A model generated the notes under the pieces. It was not told where the DNA came from. It did no database searches and saw only the letters and a program-made list of their open reading frames with translations. The translations under genes and the position numbers were made by a program. A DNA stretch of 64,000 nucleotides from Ruminococcus sp. Its GTDB lineage: Bacteria > Bacillota > Clostridia > Oscillospirales > Ruminococcaceae. How positions within the stretch are numbered: position 1 is the stretch's first letter; each line of letters begins with the position of its first letter. Location of the stretch: contig JAJBSV010000007.1 in the NCBI GenBank assembly GCA_020861185.1, positions 52,093 through 116,092 of the forward strand, read 5' to 3'. This document shows positions 38,470-48,273 of this stretch, piece after piece.

Positions 38470-40731
38470 TTAATAGATACCGATGCTCTTGACCATGTAG
38501 CCGGAGTAGCTATCGAGGAAGGTTCCGAGATAAGTGGAAGGATCGCCGTAGTCAGGACCCCAACCGGACAAGGTGTTGATGGTGAAGTTAGCTTCGTAAC
38601 CATAGCTGAAGTAGTAGCAAGCATAGTACCAATCTGAGGTAGCGTCAGCAGCCTGGATGTCGATGACAACCTTTCCGCCGAGTGCAGACTCAACAGACTG
38701 CTTCCAAGCGTTAGCGCCGTTTACATAAGTCTCAACAGCACCGGTGGTAACGAATTCGATGTGGATAGGATTATCCTCGTCGATAACTACACCCTGAGCA
38801 GCGAGCTCTTCGATGGCGATTTCGAGTTCAGCAACAGCGTTCTCAACGTTGTAGTATCCATCGTAACCAGCGGAAGAAAGGGTCTCAGAGTTCCAGGACT
38901 GGATTGCTACGCCGTCAGCATCGAGCTGAGCCTGACGGATTTCGCCGTAGTAGGTGCCAGCCGGGAAGGTGGTAGCAGTGCCGTTGATGTCAACAGTAAC
39001 TTCTTCCTCGAGGACAACGAAGTCACCGGGAACGTAAGAGTTGGAAACACGTACTGCAGCGATGTCATCTCCATAGAACTGAGCATTGTAGGAGATTCTG
39101 TCTACAGCATAAGTGATAGCTCTTCTGAAGTGAACATTGAGCATTGCGACGTTGGTTCTTGTAGCCTCTTCTTCAGAGAGGGAGGAAACCAAGACTGTGC
39201 TGTCGTTGAAGTTAGCAAATGCAGTTCTGTAGATGTTGTAGAATGCGAGGTAGGAAGTAGTACCGAGGTCAGCACGGTAGATGTAGTTGTCGGTGGAGTA
39301 TCCATCAGCAGCTGCGATAGCAGCGATAGAAGTGGAGATACTTACAGAGTCAACCAAGCCGGAGATGAAGTCGTTGTACTGCTTGGTAACGTCGGAACCA
39401 TCGTTGTAGAGCCAAGTGATGGAGTGGATCTGAACATTGTCAGGATTCCAGTAGGTCTCGTTGTACTCCCACTTGATGGTGTTCTCGTTGGTGTACTGAG
39501 TGATGATGAACGGACCGCAGTAAGCGATGTTCTCGAAAGTAGTTCCGTAGTAGTAGTCGGAAGCGGAAGGATCATACTCGTCGCCGAACTTACCGCCCTG
39601 AGAAGTGTAGTAGCTTCTGCTCATAGGAAGGAAGATGGAGTAGCCGAGCATGGTCTCGAAGTAAGAGCAAGGCTCTTCAAGAGTGTAAACGAGGGTGTAG
39701 TCGTCAACAGCAGTAACGCCAACCTCAGAGAAGTCGGTGATTTCGCCGGTGAGGTACTCGTAAGTGCCAGCGATAGCCATACCAACTTCGCCGTCAACGA
39801 GGTACTCAAGTCCGCCAGCTGCATTGAGCATGTGCTGCATAGCTGCAACCCAGTCGTCAGCAGTAACGTCTGCTACATATCTGCCCTGAGAGTCAACCCA
39901 TGTAACACCTTCACGGATGTGGAAGGTCCAGGTAAGACCGTCGTCAGAAACTTCCCAGCTCTCAGCGAGTGCCGGCTGAAGAGTGCCTTCGGAATCGTAC
40001 TCAACGAGTCCGTCAACGCACTGGATAACCTTCTCGGAGTCGGTAGCCTGTGAAGTAGCGAGGATGTCGAAGGTTTCAGCATCGCCTGAGTAGCTGTTTA
40101 CATACTCATCGTCGAAGGTGTAGCCCTGCTCGGTGAGATAAGCCTTAGCTTCCTCAAGGTAAGTGCCGGTGCCTCTGAGCTCTTCCCAGAGAGACTTGAG
40201 GTAGGTTCTGTCAGCAACAGAGATGATCTCGTTGGTAACAACGTAGTTGTGCATTCTGTCGCTATCAGATCCCCAAAGAGCATAGTCGCCGGAACGAACC
40301 ATAACGCGGCTCATTGCCTGTCCGCCACCGTCGTAAGTAGTGGAAACGAATACGCACTCTTCAAGGAGCTTAGCCTCAGCGATAGCATAGAGAGCGTACT
40401 TTTCGGAAACGTTCTCAGCCTCGGAAGCTGCCTGATAGTAATCGTAGTAATCGCCAAGAACGTCAGAGTAGACAGCTGCAGAAAGAGCAGTGTACTGCTC
40501 GAAGTCGATGGAAACGGTTCCATCTTCGTTCTCGACCCAGATCTCATAGTCAGCATAGGGATCTACCGGCTCGGTAGGATTCTCTACAGCTGTGTCGTCT
40601 GTAGCAGCGGTATCGCCGGTGCTGTCAGCCGCATTGGTGGTGGAACTGTCACTAGTAGCAGTGTCGCCGCAAGCGGAGAAGCAGGAAAGAACCATTGCAA
40701 CAGCTAAGATCATAGCAAGTAGTCTTTTCAT
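38470..40731 (-). CDS. ABC substrate-binding lipoprotein (family 5, peptide/nickel type), 753 aa
   Basis: The ATG at 40731 has a GGAGG RBS and a lipoprotein signal peptide (MKRLLAMILAVAMVLSCFSAC). The listed 800-aa ORF has a spurious N-terminal extension. Confidence 0.8.
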   Translation of the reverse strand: MKRLLAMILAVAMVLSCFSACGDTATSDSSTTNAADSTGDTAATDDTAVENPTEPVDPYADYEIWVENEDGTVSIDFEQYTALSAAVYSDVLGDYYDYYQAASEAENVSEKYALYAIAEAKLLEECVFVSTTYDGGGQAMSRVMVRSGDYALWGSDSDRMHNYVVTNEIISVADRTYLKSLWEELRGTGTYLEEAKAYLTEQGYTFDDEYVNSYSGDAETFDILATSQATDSEKVIQCVDGLVEYDSEGTLQPALAESWEVSDDGLTWTFHIREGVTWVDSQGRYVADVTADDWVAAMQHMLNAAGGLEYLVDGEVGMAIAGTYEYLTGEITDFSEVGVTAVDDYTLVYTLEEPCSYFETMLGYSIFLPMSRSYYTSQGGKFGDEYDPSASDYYYGTTFENIAYCGPFIITQYTNENTIKWEYNETYWNPDNVQIHSITWLYNDGSDVTKQYNDFISGLVDSVSISTSIAAIAAADGYSTDNYIYRADLGTTSYLAFYNIYRTAFANFNDSTVLVSSLSEEEATRTNVAMLNVHFRRAITYAVDRISYNAQFYGDDIAAVRVSNSYVPGDFVVLEEEVTVDINGTATTFPAGTYYGEIRQAQLDADGVAIQSWNSETLSSAGYDGYYNVENAVAELEIAIEELAAQGVVIDEDNPIHIEFVTTGAVETYVNGANAWKQSVESALGGKVVIDIQAADATSDWYYACYYFSYGYEANFTINTLSGWGPDYGDPSTYLGTFLDSYSGYMVKSIGIY

Positions 40732-40922
40732 GTTAGATTTACCTCCAATAAATTTCGCGCAGGCGTTTTTAGTACAATGCCCGATGCGTGCTTTGGAAAT
40801 TCGCACTTTCATGCGAATGGTTTCCCGTGTGAGGCGGGTTTCAGCCTTTTCAATCACTGAAATCAAGCACAAATTGTGTTGACTCCGTGAGAGGAGGGTG
40901 CCCCTACCTTCACGATTGTTTC

Positions 40923-40951
40923 ATTATACGCCTTTTCTCTTCACTTGTCAA
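40923..40951 (-). promoter_or_regulatory. candidate promoter of the opp-like operon
   Basis: Minus strand: TTGACA (40951..40946) - 17 nt - TATAAT (40928..40923). This implies a ~185-nt leader. Confidence 0.55.
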
Positions 40952-41189
40952 TAGACCTCGCAAATTTAGGCGATAATGCAAAAAACGTCGCCGATTTTTC
41001 ACGGCATTTTGGACAATTTGAAGGTTGCAAAATCCGAAAAGTAAGCGAAACTGGAAGCCTTTGTAAAGGAAACATAAAATCCGCCATGACGGTTCGTGTA
41101 CGAAAAAATTCATATTCGGCAATTTTTCGGGCGGAAGGGTGAGGATTTTGCAAGTTTGAGATTTCAATAATTCATGGCAGGGGAATAAA

Positions 41190-41260
41190 TGTAGGGGCGG
41201 ATATCATCCGCCCGTTTGTTGGTTGACTGCTGGTTCGGGCGGATAATATCCGCCCCTACA
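41190..41260. repeat. REP1 palindromic element, copy B
   Basis: TGTAGGGGCGGATATCATCCGCCCG - 21 nt - CGGGCGGATAATATCCGCCCCTACA. Confidence 0.85.
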
Positions 41261-41289
41261 AACAAAAACACAATGTTGCATAAAATGAA

Positions 41290-41342
41290 AAAGGCTCCCC
41301 TACGCTTAGGGGAGCTGGCTTGCAAAGCAAGACTGAGAGGTT
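41290..41342 (+). repeat. REP2 double-hairpin element (sub-type b variant)
   Basis: GGCTCCCCTacgcttAGGGGAGCTGGCTTGCaaaGCAAGaCTGAGAGGTT. It overlaps the metA stop codon. Confidence 0.7.
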
Positions 41343-42258
41343 ACCCAATCTCCTCCACATCGTAAGGCGTGGTCTGATATACGAAGTAATTCAGCCAATT
41401 CGAGAACAAGAGGTTCGCGTGGGCTCGCCACCGGACGATTGGCGGCTGTGAGGGGTCGTCGTTCGGGAAGTAGTTTTTGGGGACCTGGGGGTTCAAGCCC
41501 TTTTCTTTGTCCCTGAAGTACTCCCGAGCTAAGGTGTCGGGGTCGTATTCCGAGTGCCCCGTCACGAAAATCTGCTTGCCCTCGGCGGTCATGCAGGCAT
41601 AGAGCCCCGCCTCGTCGCTCGAGGCTAATATTTTGAGCTCGGGGATTTTCTCAACATCGGCGGTGTCAATCGTCGAATTCCGCGAATGTGGGGCATAGAA
41701 AACGTCGTCAAAGCCACGGAAGAGAATCGGGTTTTTATAGCTCACCCTGTGCGGGAAGACTCCGAAAAGCTTCTCCGGGAGCTGTTTTTTCTCGACTCCG
41801 AAGTGATAGTAGAGCCCCGCCTGTGCCGCCCAGCAGATGTGGAAGGTCGAGTGGACATGGGTTTTACTCCACTCGAAAATCTCGCAGAGCTCGCTCCAGT
41901 ACTCGACGTCCTCATAGTTCATATGCTCAACCGGTGCGCCTGTTATGACCATTCCGTCATAGCGGGAGTTTTTAATCTCGTCGAAGGTCTTGTAGAAGGA
42001 CAGAAGGTGTTCCTGCGAAATGTTCTTCGACTGGTGCGAAACGGTGTGCATCAGCTCGATTTCGACCTGCAAGGGAGTGTTCCCGAGGAGTCGCGCGAAC
42101 TGGGTTTCCGTCTCGATTTTCGTCGGCATGAGGTTAAGAAGGAGAATCCGAAGCGGACGGATGTCCTGCGTAGAAGCCCGGGTCTCCGGCATTATAAAGA
42201 TGTTCTCGTCTTGGAGTGTTTTCGCCGCCGGAAGCGAGTTCGGGATTCTTATTGGCAT
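41341..42258 (-). CDS. metA: homoserine O-acyltransferase (MetA family)
   Basis: MPIRIP...[16 protein letters not shown] and HICWAAQAG motifs. Confidence 0.9.
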   Translation of the reverse strand: MPIRIPNSLPAAKTLQDENIFIMPETRASTQDIRPLRILLLNLMPTKIETETQFARLLGNTPLQVEIELMHTVSHQSKNISQEHLLSFYKTFDEIKNSRYDGMVITGAPVEHMNYEDVEYWSELCEIFEWSKTHVHSTFHICWAAQAGLYYHFGVEKKQLPEKLFGVFPHRVSYKNPILFRGFDDVFYAPHSRNSTIDTADVEKIPELKILASSDEAGLYACMTAEGKQIFVTGHSEYDPDTLAREYFRDKEKGLNPQVPKNYFPNDDPSQPPIVRWRAHANLLFSNWLNYFVYQTTPYDVEEIG

Positions 42259-42278
42259 GGGTTCTCCTTTCTCAGAAA

Positions 42279-43568
42279 TTAAATATTATCCAACGCCTGC
42301 TTAATATCCGCAATCAAGTCTTCAGAGCTCTCAAGTCCGCATGAGAAGCGGACGAGATCACTCGGCACTCCTGCCGCGATGAGCTCTTCCTCGTTCATCT
42401 GGCGGTGGGTTGTGCTGGCGGGGTGCAGACAGCAGGTTCTTGCGTCGGCGACGTGGGTCTCTATGGCGGCGAGCCTGAGATTGCGCATAAAGCTCTCGGC
42501 GGCAGTTCTTCCGCCCTTTACGCCGAAGCTGATGACTCCGCAGGAGCCGTTCGGGAGATACTTCTTGCAAAGCTCGTAATCCGCATTGCCCTCAAGGTCG
42601 GGATAGATTATCCACGAGATTCTGTCGTCGCTCTGGAGATACTTCGCGACTGCCATGGCGTTCTCGCAGTGGCGCTTCATTCTGACGTGGAGGCTCTCAA
42701 GCCCCAAATTCAGAAGGTATGCACTCTGCGGCGCCGGAGTCGAGCCAAAGTCTCTCATGAGCTGAGAAGTAGCCTTGGTGATAAATGCGCCCTCTTTGCC
42801 AAATCTTTCGGCATAGGTGATGCCGTGGTAGCTCTCGTCGGGGGTTGTGAGCCCGGGGAACTTGTCCGCATGAGCCATCCAGTCGAAGTTGCCCGAGTCG
42901 ACGATGCAACCGCCGACAGCCGAGCCGTGACCGTCCATATATTTCGTGGTCGAGTGTGTAACGATGTCCGCTCCCCACTCGAAAGGTCTGCAATTAACGG
43001 GCGTCGCAAAGGTGTTGTCGACGATGAGCGGAACGCCGTGAGCGTGCGCCGCATCCGCAAATCTCTCGATGTCGAGAACCCTGAGAGCCGGATTGGCGAT
43101 GGTCTCGCCGAAAACAGCCTTGGTGTTCGGCTTGAACGCCGCCTCGAGCTCTTCATCAGAGCAGTCGGGAGCGACAAAAGTGAAGTCGATGCCCATTCTC
43201 TTCATCGTAACGGAGAAGAGGTTGAAGGTTCCGCCATAGATGGAGGATTCCGCAACGACGTGGTCGCCCTGTGAGGCGATGTTGAAGACGGAGAAGAAGC
43301 TTGCCGCCTGACTGGAAGAGGTCAGCATGGCGGCGGTTCCGCCCTCGAGCTCGCATATCTTCGCCGCAACGCTGTCGCAGGTCGGGTTCTGAAGGCGGGA
43401 GTAGAAGTAGCCGTTCGCCTCAAGGTCGAAGAGCTTGCCCATATCCTCGCCGGTGTTATATTTAAATGTAGTGGACTGTATGATAGGAATCTGTCTCGGC
43501 TCCCCGTTCCCCGGCGTATACCCGCCCTGAACGCAAGAGGTTTCGATTCCACGGGTTCTTTTTGTCAT
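42279..43568 (-). CDS. metY: O-acetylhomoserine aminocarboxypropyltransferase / sulfhydrylase
   Basis: Cys/Met-metabolism PLP enzyme ([11 protein letters not shown] lysine motif), 429 aa. Confidence 0.85.
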   Translation of the reverse strand: MTKRTRGIETSCVQGGYTPGNGEPRQIPIIQSTTFKYNTGEDMGKLFDLEANGYFYSRLQNPTCDSVAAKICELEGGTAAMLTSSSQAASFFSVFNIASQGDHVVAESSIYGGTFNLFSVTMKRMGIDFTFVAPDCSDEELEAAFKPNTKAVFGETIANPALRVLDIERFADAAHAHGVPLIVDNTFATPVNCRPFEWGADIVTHSTTKYMDGHGSAVGGCIVDSGNFDWMAHADKFPGLTTPDESYHGITYAERFGKEGAFITKATSQLMRDFGSTPAPQSAYLLNLGLESLHVRMKRHCENAMAVAKYLQSDDRISWIIYPDLEGNADYELCKKYLPNGSCGVISFGVKGGRTAAESFMRNLRLAAIETHVADARTCCLHPASTTHRQMNEEELIAAGVPSDLVRFSCGLESSEDLIADIKQALDNI

Positions 43569-44632
43569 ACCCTCTGTCTCCAGCCTCTCGTATCTTCGAG
43601 CTTGCCGCTCTGGATGCCGGTGATTTCGTCGTAGAGACGCTGGGTGAGCTCGCCGATTTTGCCTCCGCCGATTTCGAAGACCTCATCAACATATCTCAAT
43701 TTTCCGACAGGGGAAATTACCGCTGCAGTGCCGGTGCCGAAGACCTCTTCGAGTGCGCCTGTGTGAGCCGCTTCGATGAGCTCGTCAACGGAAACCTTTC
43801 TCTCCTCAACCTCATAGCCCCAGTCCTTGCAAAGGGTGAGAACCGAGTTACGGGTGATGCCGGGGAGAATCGAGCCGTTGAGCATAGGAGTGACTACCTT
43901 GCCATTAATCTTAAAGAAGATGTTCATCGAGCCGACTTCTTCGATATACTTTCTCTCAACGCCGTCAAGCCAGAGAACCTGAGCATAGCCGTCGTCGTGA
44001 GCCTTGACCTGTGCCGCAAGTGAAGCCGCATAGTTGCCGCCGGTCTTGGCGAATCCCATACCGCCTCTGACTGCTCTTACATACTCGTCCTCAATCCAGA
44101 TGCCGACGGGAGCAAGTCCGCTCTCATAGTAGGCGCCCGACGGGGAAAGAATTACCATGAAGAGATAGTTTGTCGAGGGTGAAACGCCGAGCTGAGGCTC
44201 GGTTGCGATTACAAACGGTCTGATATAAAGGGATGTGCCCTCGTCCTCGGGAATCCAAGCTCTGTCGACGTCGACAACAGCCTTGATAGCCTGAACAAAG
44301 TCCTCCTCGGGAATCTCAGGGATGCAAAGACGGTCGTTCGAAGTGTTTGCTCTCTTTGCGTTCATGTCAGGACGGAAGAGATAAACCTCGCCGTCTGCGC
44401 CCTTATAAGCCTTCAAGCCCTCGAACATGGTCTGACCGTAATGGAAGACCATAGCGGACGGAGCAAGAGATATGTCCTGATAAGGGACGACTCTTGCGTC
44501 GTGCCAGCCCTGACCCTCGTCATAGTTCATGATGAACATGTGGTCGGTGAAGATGTGACCGAACCCGAGAGGCTCACCCTTCCCAGGGATTCTCTTCGGC
44601 GATGTGGTTTTTTCGATTTTTATGTTTAGCAT
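43565..44632 (-). CDS. ilvE: branched-chain amino acid aminotransferase
   Basis: Class IV aminotransferase motifs ([23 protein letters not shown]). The ATG at 44632 has an AAGGAG RBS. Confidence 0.9.
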   Translation of the reverse strand: MLNIKIEKTTSPKRIPGKGEPLGFGHIFTDHMFIMNYDEGQGWHDARVVPYQDISLAPSAMVFHYGQTMFEGLKAYKGADGEVYLFRPDMNAKRANTSNDRLCIPEIPEEDFVQAIKAVVDVDRAWIPEDEGTSLYIRPFVIATEPQLGVSPSTNYLFMVILSPSGAYYESGLAPVGIWIEDEYVRAVRGGMGFAKTGGNYAASLAAQVKAHDDGYAQVLWLDGVERKYIEEVGSMNIFFKINGKVVTPMLNGSILPGITRNSVLTLCKDWGYEVEERKVSVDELIEAAHTGALEEVFGTGTAAVISPVGKLRYVDEVFEIGGGKIGELTQRLYDEITGIQSGKLEDTRGWRQRV

Positions 44633-44670
44633 CAGTATCCACTCCTTATTATAGTGTGCTATTTGATTAA

Positions 44671-44699
44671 ATTGTATCACAGTGAAAGTGAGTTGTCAA
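44671..44699 (-). promoter_or_regulatory. candidate promoter of ilvE-metY-metA
   Basis: Minus strand: TTGACA (44699..44694) - 17 nt - TACAAT (44676..44671). Confidence 0.5.
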
Positions 44700-44702
44700 C
44701 AG

Positions 44703-45821
44703 TTATCTCTCTACAAAAGCGATATTTAAATCAACGCTTCCGTTTATTCCGTCGACCGTTCCGCTCGAGGAATATTGCCACATCTGCAAATCATAATAGA
44801 GCGTCGGGGTGTCGGAATAGCCCGCGAACCACATCATATAGTCGTCGACCCGGCTCAGGTCGTACTTCCAGACGACCGTTTTCTTGTTTGCATAGATTCC
44901 GGCGGTGTAGCCGTCAATCTCGACTCTTGCGGCAAACGTGAGGAAGTTGTCGGTGAGCTGCTGAGGGTCTATGTAAGCGGTTCTTGCGGTGTCGCCGTCG
45001 GCGTCGATGACGACCTCCCAGTCGAAGAAGATGGGATAATCAAGGTCATAGCCTTCGACCAGATCGAGGCAGAACTCCGCTTCCTCAAGGGCTTCCTCGG
45101 TCGTAAGAGCCTGCGAGAAGAAGTAAACCCCGACCTTTATGCCGGCATCCGTCGCGCCCTTGATGTTCGCCCTGAAATTCGAGTCTTCATTCACGGTTCC
45201 GGTGACATAGCCTCTGTAGCCGCATCTGATAATTGCAAACTCGACCCCCGCCGCTTTCACGGCATCCCAGTCGATGTCGCCCTGATAGACGGAAACGTCA
45301 ATGCCCATGATGGAGTAGGTCTCGCCGTCGTCGTATGTGATGTACCCGGTCTCCTCGTCAACGGTGAAGCACTCCTCATCGTATTCATTCTTCCCGACGT
45401 TCTGCAAAGCATACATAAGAATCGTGCCATAGTTCGAGTCGCTGAGGGTAAATGTGTCCTCGCTCAGCTCGTGGTCATATTCGCTCGTCGGATCAACAGC
45501 TATGTACTCAGTGACAACCGTCGGAATCTCGACAGTCTGAATTTCGGTGACAACTGTCCCCTGCTCGGTAATCCATCCGACCGAAACGACAACCACCGCC
45601 ACCGCCAGCAAAGCGACCACGGCGCACAGCACACCCAGGATAGTCTTGTAGGTCTTGACCTCGGAAGCGTTCTTGCGTTCGCTCGAACTCCGATACATCT
45701 CAAGCATTTCGTTCGGGGTCTGTTCGTCGGCAAACTCCGTTTTCTCGGCAGTTGTAACCCCGCCGGTAATCTCCTGAAGAGCCTTTTCCCTCTCCTCAGC
45801 CGTCATAGTTCTTTCGTCCAT
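44703..45821 (-). CDS. GH25-family lysozyme (muramidase) with N-terminal TM anchor
   Basis: GIDVSVYQGDIDWDAVKAAGVEFAIIRCGYRG. The ATG at 45821 has an AGGAGG RBS. Confidence 0.8.
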   Translation of the reverse strand: MDERTMTAEEREKALQEITGGVTTAEKTEFADEQTPNEMLEMYRSSSERKNASEVKTYKTILGVLCAVVALLAVAVVVVSVGWITEQGTVVTEIQTVEIPTVVTEYIAVDPTSEYDHELSEDTFTLSDSNYGTILMYALQNVGKNEYDEECFTVDEETGYITYDDGETYSIMGIDVSVYQGDIDWDAVKAAGVEFAIIRCGYRGYVTGTVNEDSNFRANIKGATDAGIKVGVYFFSQALTTEEALEEAEFCLDLVEGYDLDYPIFFDWEVVIDADGDTARTAYIDPQQLTDNFLTFAARVEIDGYTAGIYANKKTVVWKYDLSRVDDYMMWFAGYSDTPTLYYDLQMWQYSSSGTVDGINGSVDLNIAFVER

Positions 45822-45984
45822 GTTTCCTCCTTTAATTGATTCCAATCCGGTTTTCGACAAAAATCGACAAAGTCGATAAGTATCAGTTTATCATACTTTC
45901 AACCGTTTGTAAAGGTGGGAATTATTAAGATTTGGGCATGAGAAAAGCTCCCCGGGGGGGAGCTGTGCACTTTGGATTATTTTG

Positions 45985-46014
45985 TTGACAACGTGTTCGA
46001 ACATATGCTATAAT
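45985..46014 (+). promoter_or_regulatory. sense promoter of cassette 4
   Basis: TTGACA (45985) - 18 nt - TGcTATAAT (TATAAT at 46009). Confidence 0.65.
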
Positions 46015-46071
46015 GCTTGTAGCAAGAGAGCACGGCTTGACCTTTTACATTTGTAAAGGGAGGTGGCTTGT

Positions 46072-46164
46072 ATGACATTTGCAGAAGTTATTCTTTTGTT
46101 GAATTTCATCTCGTCCATCGTCTTTGGAATTCTCGGTTTAACGACCGGGAACAAAAAGAAATAG
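46072..46164 (+). CDS. 30-aa hydrophobic Lys-tailed peptide (type I toxin-like)
   Basis: MTFAEVILLLNFISSIVFGILGLTTGNKKK, with SD AGGGAGGTGG upstream. Confidence 0.65.
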   Translation: MTFAEVILLLNFISSIVFGILGLTTGNKKK

Positions 46165-46270
46165 CCGAGAGCTAAAGTAACAAAGTCCCCGACCAATTCC
46201 ACTTTTAGTGCAGCCTTGAGTTGCACATTTAAGGTTGAGTCGAGGCTGTTCGCAGCAACCCCGCTCTCTT
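46150..46270 (-). ncRNA. predicted antisense RNA of cassette 4 (ends approximate)
   Basis: Lies downstream of the minus-strand consensus promoter. It is complementary to the sense 3' UTR and the stop-codon region. Confidence 0.35.
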
Positions 46271-46276
46271 GCTTTT

Positions 46277-46305
46277 ATTATAACCCATCAAGGCTATTTT
46301 GTCAA
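46277..46305 (-). promoter_or_regulatory. antisense promoter of cassette 4
   Basis: Minus strand: TTGACA (46305..46300) - 17 nt - TATAAT (46282..46277). Confidence 0.7.
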
Positions 46306-46333
46306 TAGCCTTTTTTATTTGCTCAATAGGGGC

Positions 46334-47350
46334 TCACACCGTCGTATCGTTCCCATTCAGAACATCGTGCAGTTCTTCGATGTTCTCAAGGAGCTTGCCG
46401 GCGCCGTCGACTACGCAGTCGAGCGGTCTCTCGGCAATGTAAACGGGGATGCCGGTCTCTTCGTTGATGAGGCGGTCAAGACCTCTGAGCAAAGCTCCAC
46501 CGCCGGCGAGGGTGATACCAGAGTCGATGATGTCCGCCGAAAGCTCCGGAGGAGTTCTCTCGAGGGTTGTCTTGACGGCATCGATGATGCTTGCAAGCGG
46601 GTCGGAAAGTGCTTCGCGGATTTCCTCCGAATTGATTGTGATGTTTTCGGGGAGTCCCGTCAGCAGGTTGCGCCCCTTGATTTCGAGCTCGATTTCTTCC
46701 TCCAAGGGATAAGCGGAACCAATCGAAATCTTGATATGCTCGGCGGTTCTGTCACCGATGAGGAGGTTATATTTCTTCTTGATGAAATTGATGATCGAGA
46801 GGTCGAACTCGTCGCCCGCAACTCTTACCGAGCGGCTTGTGACGATTCCGCAGAGGGAGATGACAGCTACTTCGCTGGTGCCGCCGCCGATGTCGACAAT
46901 CATCGAGCCGGTCGGCTCCTCAACGGGAAGTCCCGCACCGATTGCCGCTGCCATGGGCTCCTCGACGATGGAAACTCTCTTGGCGCCTGCGCCCTCGGCG
47001 GCTTCCTTAACGGCTCTTCTTTCAACAGCCGTGACGCCCGAAGGAATGCAGATGACGACCCGAGCCTTGACGAACGGGTTCGAGCCGATAGCTTTTCTTA
47101 TGAACTCCTGAAGCATGACGGTGCACATGTCGAAGTCGGCGATGACTCCGTCCTTGAGGGGACGGACAGCTCTGATCGAGCCGGGGGTACGACCGATGAT
47201 GTTCTTGGCGTCCTGTCCGACATACTTGACGGCGTCGGTCTTGGTGTCGACCGCGACGACCGACGGCTCACGGATGATAATGCCCTTGCCCTTGACGCAG
47301 ACGAGGGTATTAGCCGTTCCGAGGTCTATTCCTATATCTTTTTTAAACAT
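46334..47350 (-). CDS. mreB: rod-shape-determining actin homologue MreB/Mbl
   Basis: [17 protein letters not shown]..., [11 protein letters not shown]. The true ATG is at 47350; the listed ORF is extended at the N-terminus. Confidence 0.92.
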   Translation of the reverse strand: MFKKDIGIDLGTANTLVCVKGKGIIIREPSVVAVDTKTDAVKYVGQDAKNIIGRTPGSIRAVRPLKDGVIADFDMCTVMLQEFIRKAIGSNPFVKARVVICIPSGVTAVERRAVKEAAEGAGAKRVSIVEEPMAAAIGAGLPVEEPTGSMIVDIGGGTSEVAVISLCGIVTSRSVRVAGDEFDLSIINFIKKKYNLLIGDRTAEHIKISIGSAYPLEEEIELEIKGRNLLTGLPENITINSEEIREALSDPLASIIDAVKTTLERTPPELSADIIDSGITLAGGGALLRGLDRLINEETGIPVYIAERPLDCVVDGAGKLLENIEELHDVLNGNDTTV

Positions 47351-47516
47351 AATAATTCTGCCTTTCTCAGATAAAATATCTTCATTTCTCGCTTTTCCGA
47401 GAATAATCACATAAAGTATAACACAGTTTTTTCTCATGTACAAGAGATTTTTTCAGGAATTTTCGGAAAGGCGAAAATTTATTGCGATTATTTCGACTTT
47501 ATTCTCAAAATACTCG

Positions 47517-47545
47517 TTGCAACTTTAAAATCTATGTGGTATAAT
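47517..47545 (+). promoter_or_regulatory. candidate promoter of the plus-strand small-protein / YegP / sirtuin unit
   Basis: TTGCAA (47517) - 17 nt - TGgTATAAT (TATAAT at 47540). Confidence 0.55.
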
Positions 47546-47611
47546 TACATTAACCAAGAAAATTCCGTGAGGAATTGTGGTGAATAATGCTAAAGATAGG
47601 AGCAAAAAATC

Positions 47612-47830
47612 ATGGACATCAAGGCAAAAGTAGAAGAATGTGTCAAGAAGATTACTTCCGACGAGGAGCTTCTTGCGAAGTTCAAGAAGGACCCCACCGG
47701 CACTGTAAAGGATCTTGTCGGAGTTGAGATTCCTTCCGACCAGCTCAAGACACTGACCGACGGCATTCAGGCAAAGGTCAATCTTGATAGCATCAGCGGC
47801 GGCATCGGCAAGCTCTTCGGCAAGAAGTAA
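47612..47830 (+). CDS. hypothetical small protein (72 aa)
   Basis: GGAG RBS. Helical, charged sequence. I recognise no family. Confidence 0.55.
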   Translation: MDIKAKVEECVKKITSDEELLAKFKKDPTGTVKDLVGVEIPSDQLKTLTDGIQAKVNLDSISGGIGKLFGKK

Positions 47831-47867
47831 TAAAACAACCGACATCAACTTTTTTGGAGGTATTGTA

Positions 47868-48230
47868 ATGGGAAAGTTCACCGTAAAAGAAACCAACACA
47901 GGCTATGTTTTCAGCCTCAAGGCTGACAACGGACAGGTTATCGCAGTAAGTCAGGTTTATTCGAGCGAGGACGCCTGCAAGAACGGCATCGAGAGCGTCA
48001 GAAAGAACGCAGTCGACGCAAAGCTTGAAGACCAGACCCTCGAGAACTATGAGACCGCAACAAACCCGAAGTTCGAGGTCTATGTCGACAAGGCAGGCGA
48101 ATACAGATTCCGTCTTAAGGCTCGCAACGGCGAAATCATCGCCACCGGCGAGGGCTACAAGGCAAAGGCTTCCTGCCTGAACGGCATCGACAGCATCCGC
48201 AGAAACGCTCCCGAGGCGACAGTCGAATAA
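47868..48230 (+). CDS. YegP-family (DUF1508/UPF0339) tandem-domain protein
   Basis: Two repeats of the F.L.A.NG..I..S..Y.S...C..GI.S.. pattern. The ATG at 47868 has a GGAGG RBS. Confidence 0.75.
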   Translation: MGKFTVKETNTGYVFSLKADNGQVIAVSQVYSSEDACKNGIESVRKNAVDAKLEDQTLENYETATNPKFEVYVDKAGEYRFRLKARNGEIIATGEGYKAKASCLNGIDSIRRNAPEATVE

Positions 48231-48273
48231 CATGAATCCGATTTTGCCGGAAGAGTAGGGCGTCTTCGAAGAG

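Larger units (their letters stand above)
45985..46320 (+). repeat. type I toxin-antitoxin-like cassette, copy 4
   Basis: Same architecture as the other copies. The terminator stem covaries (GGCTATT-ttgtc-AATAGCC plus T6). Confidence 0.8.

Noticed and set aside
40732-40872. N-terminal 47-aa extension of the SBP ORF (800-aa version)
   Set aside because: The extension has no RBS. An internal ATG at 40731 has a GGAGG RBS and starts a canonical lipoprotein signal peptide.
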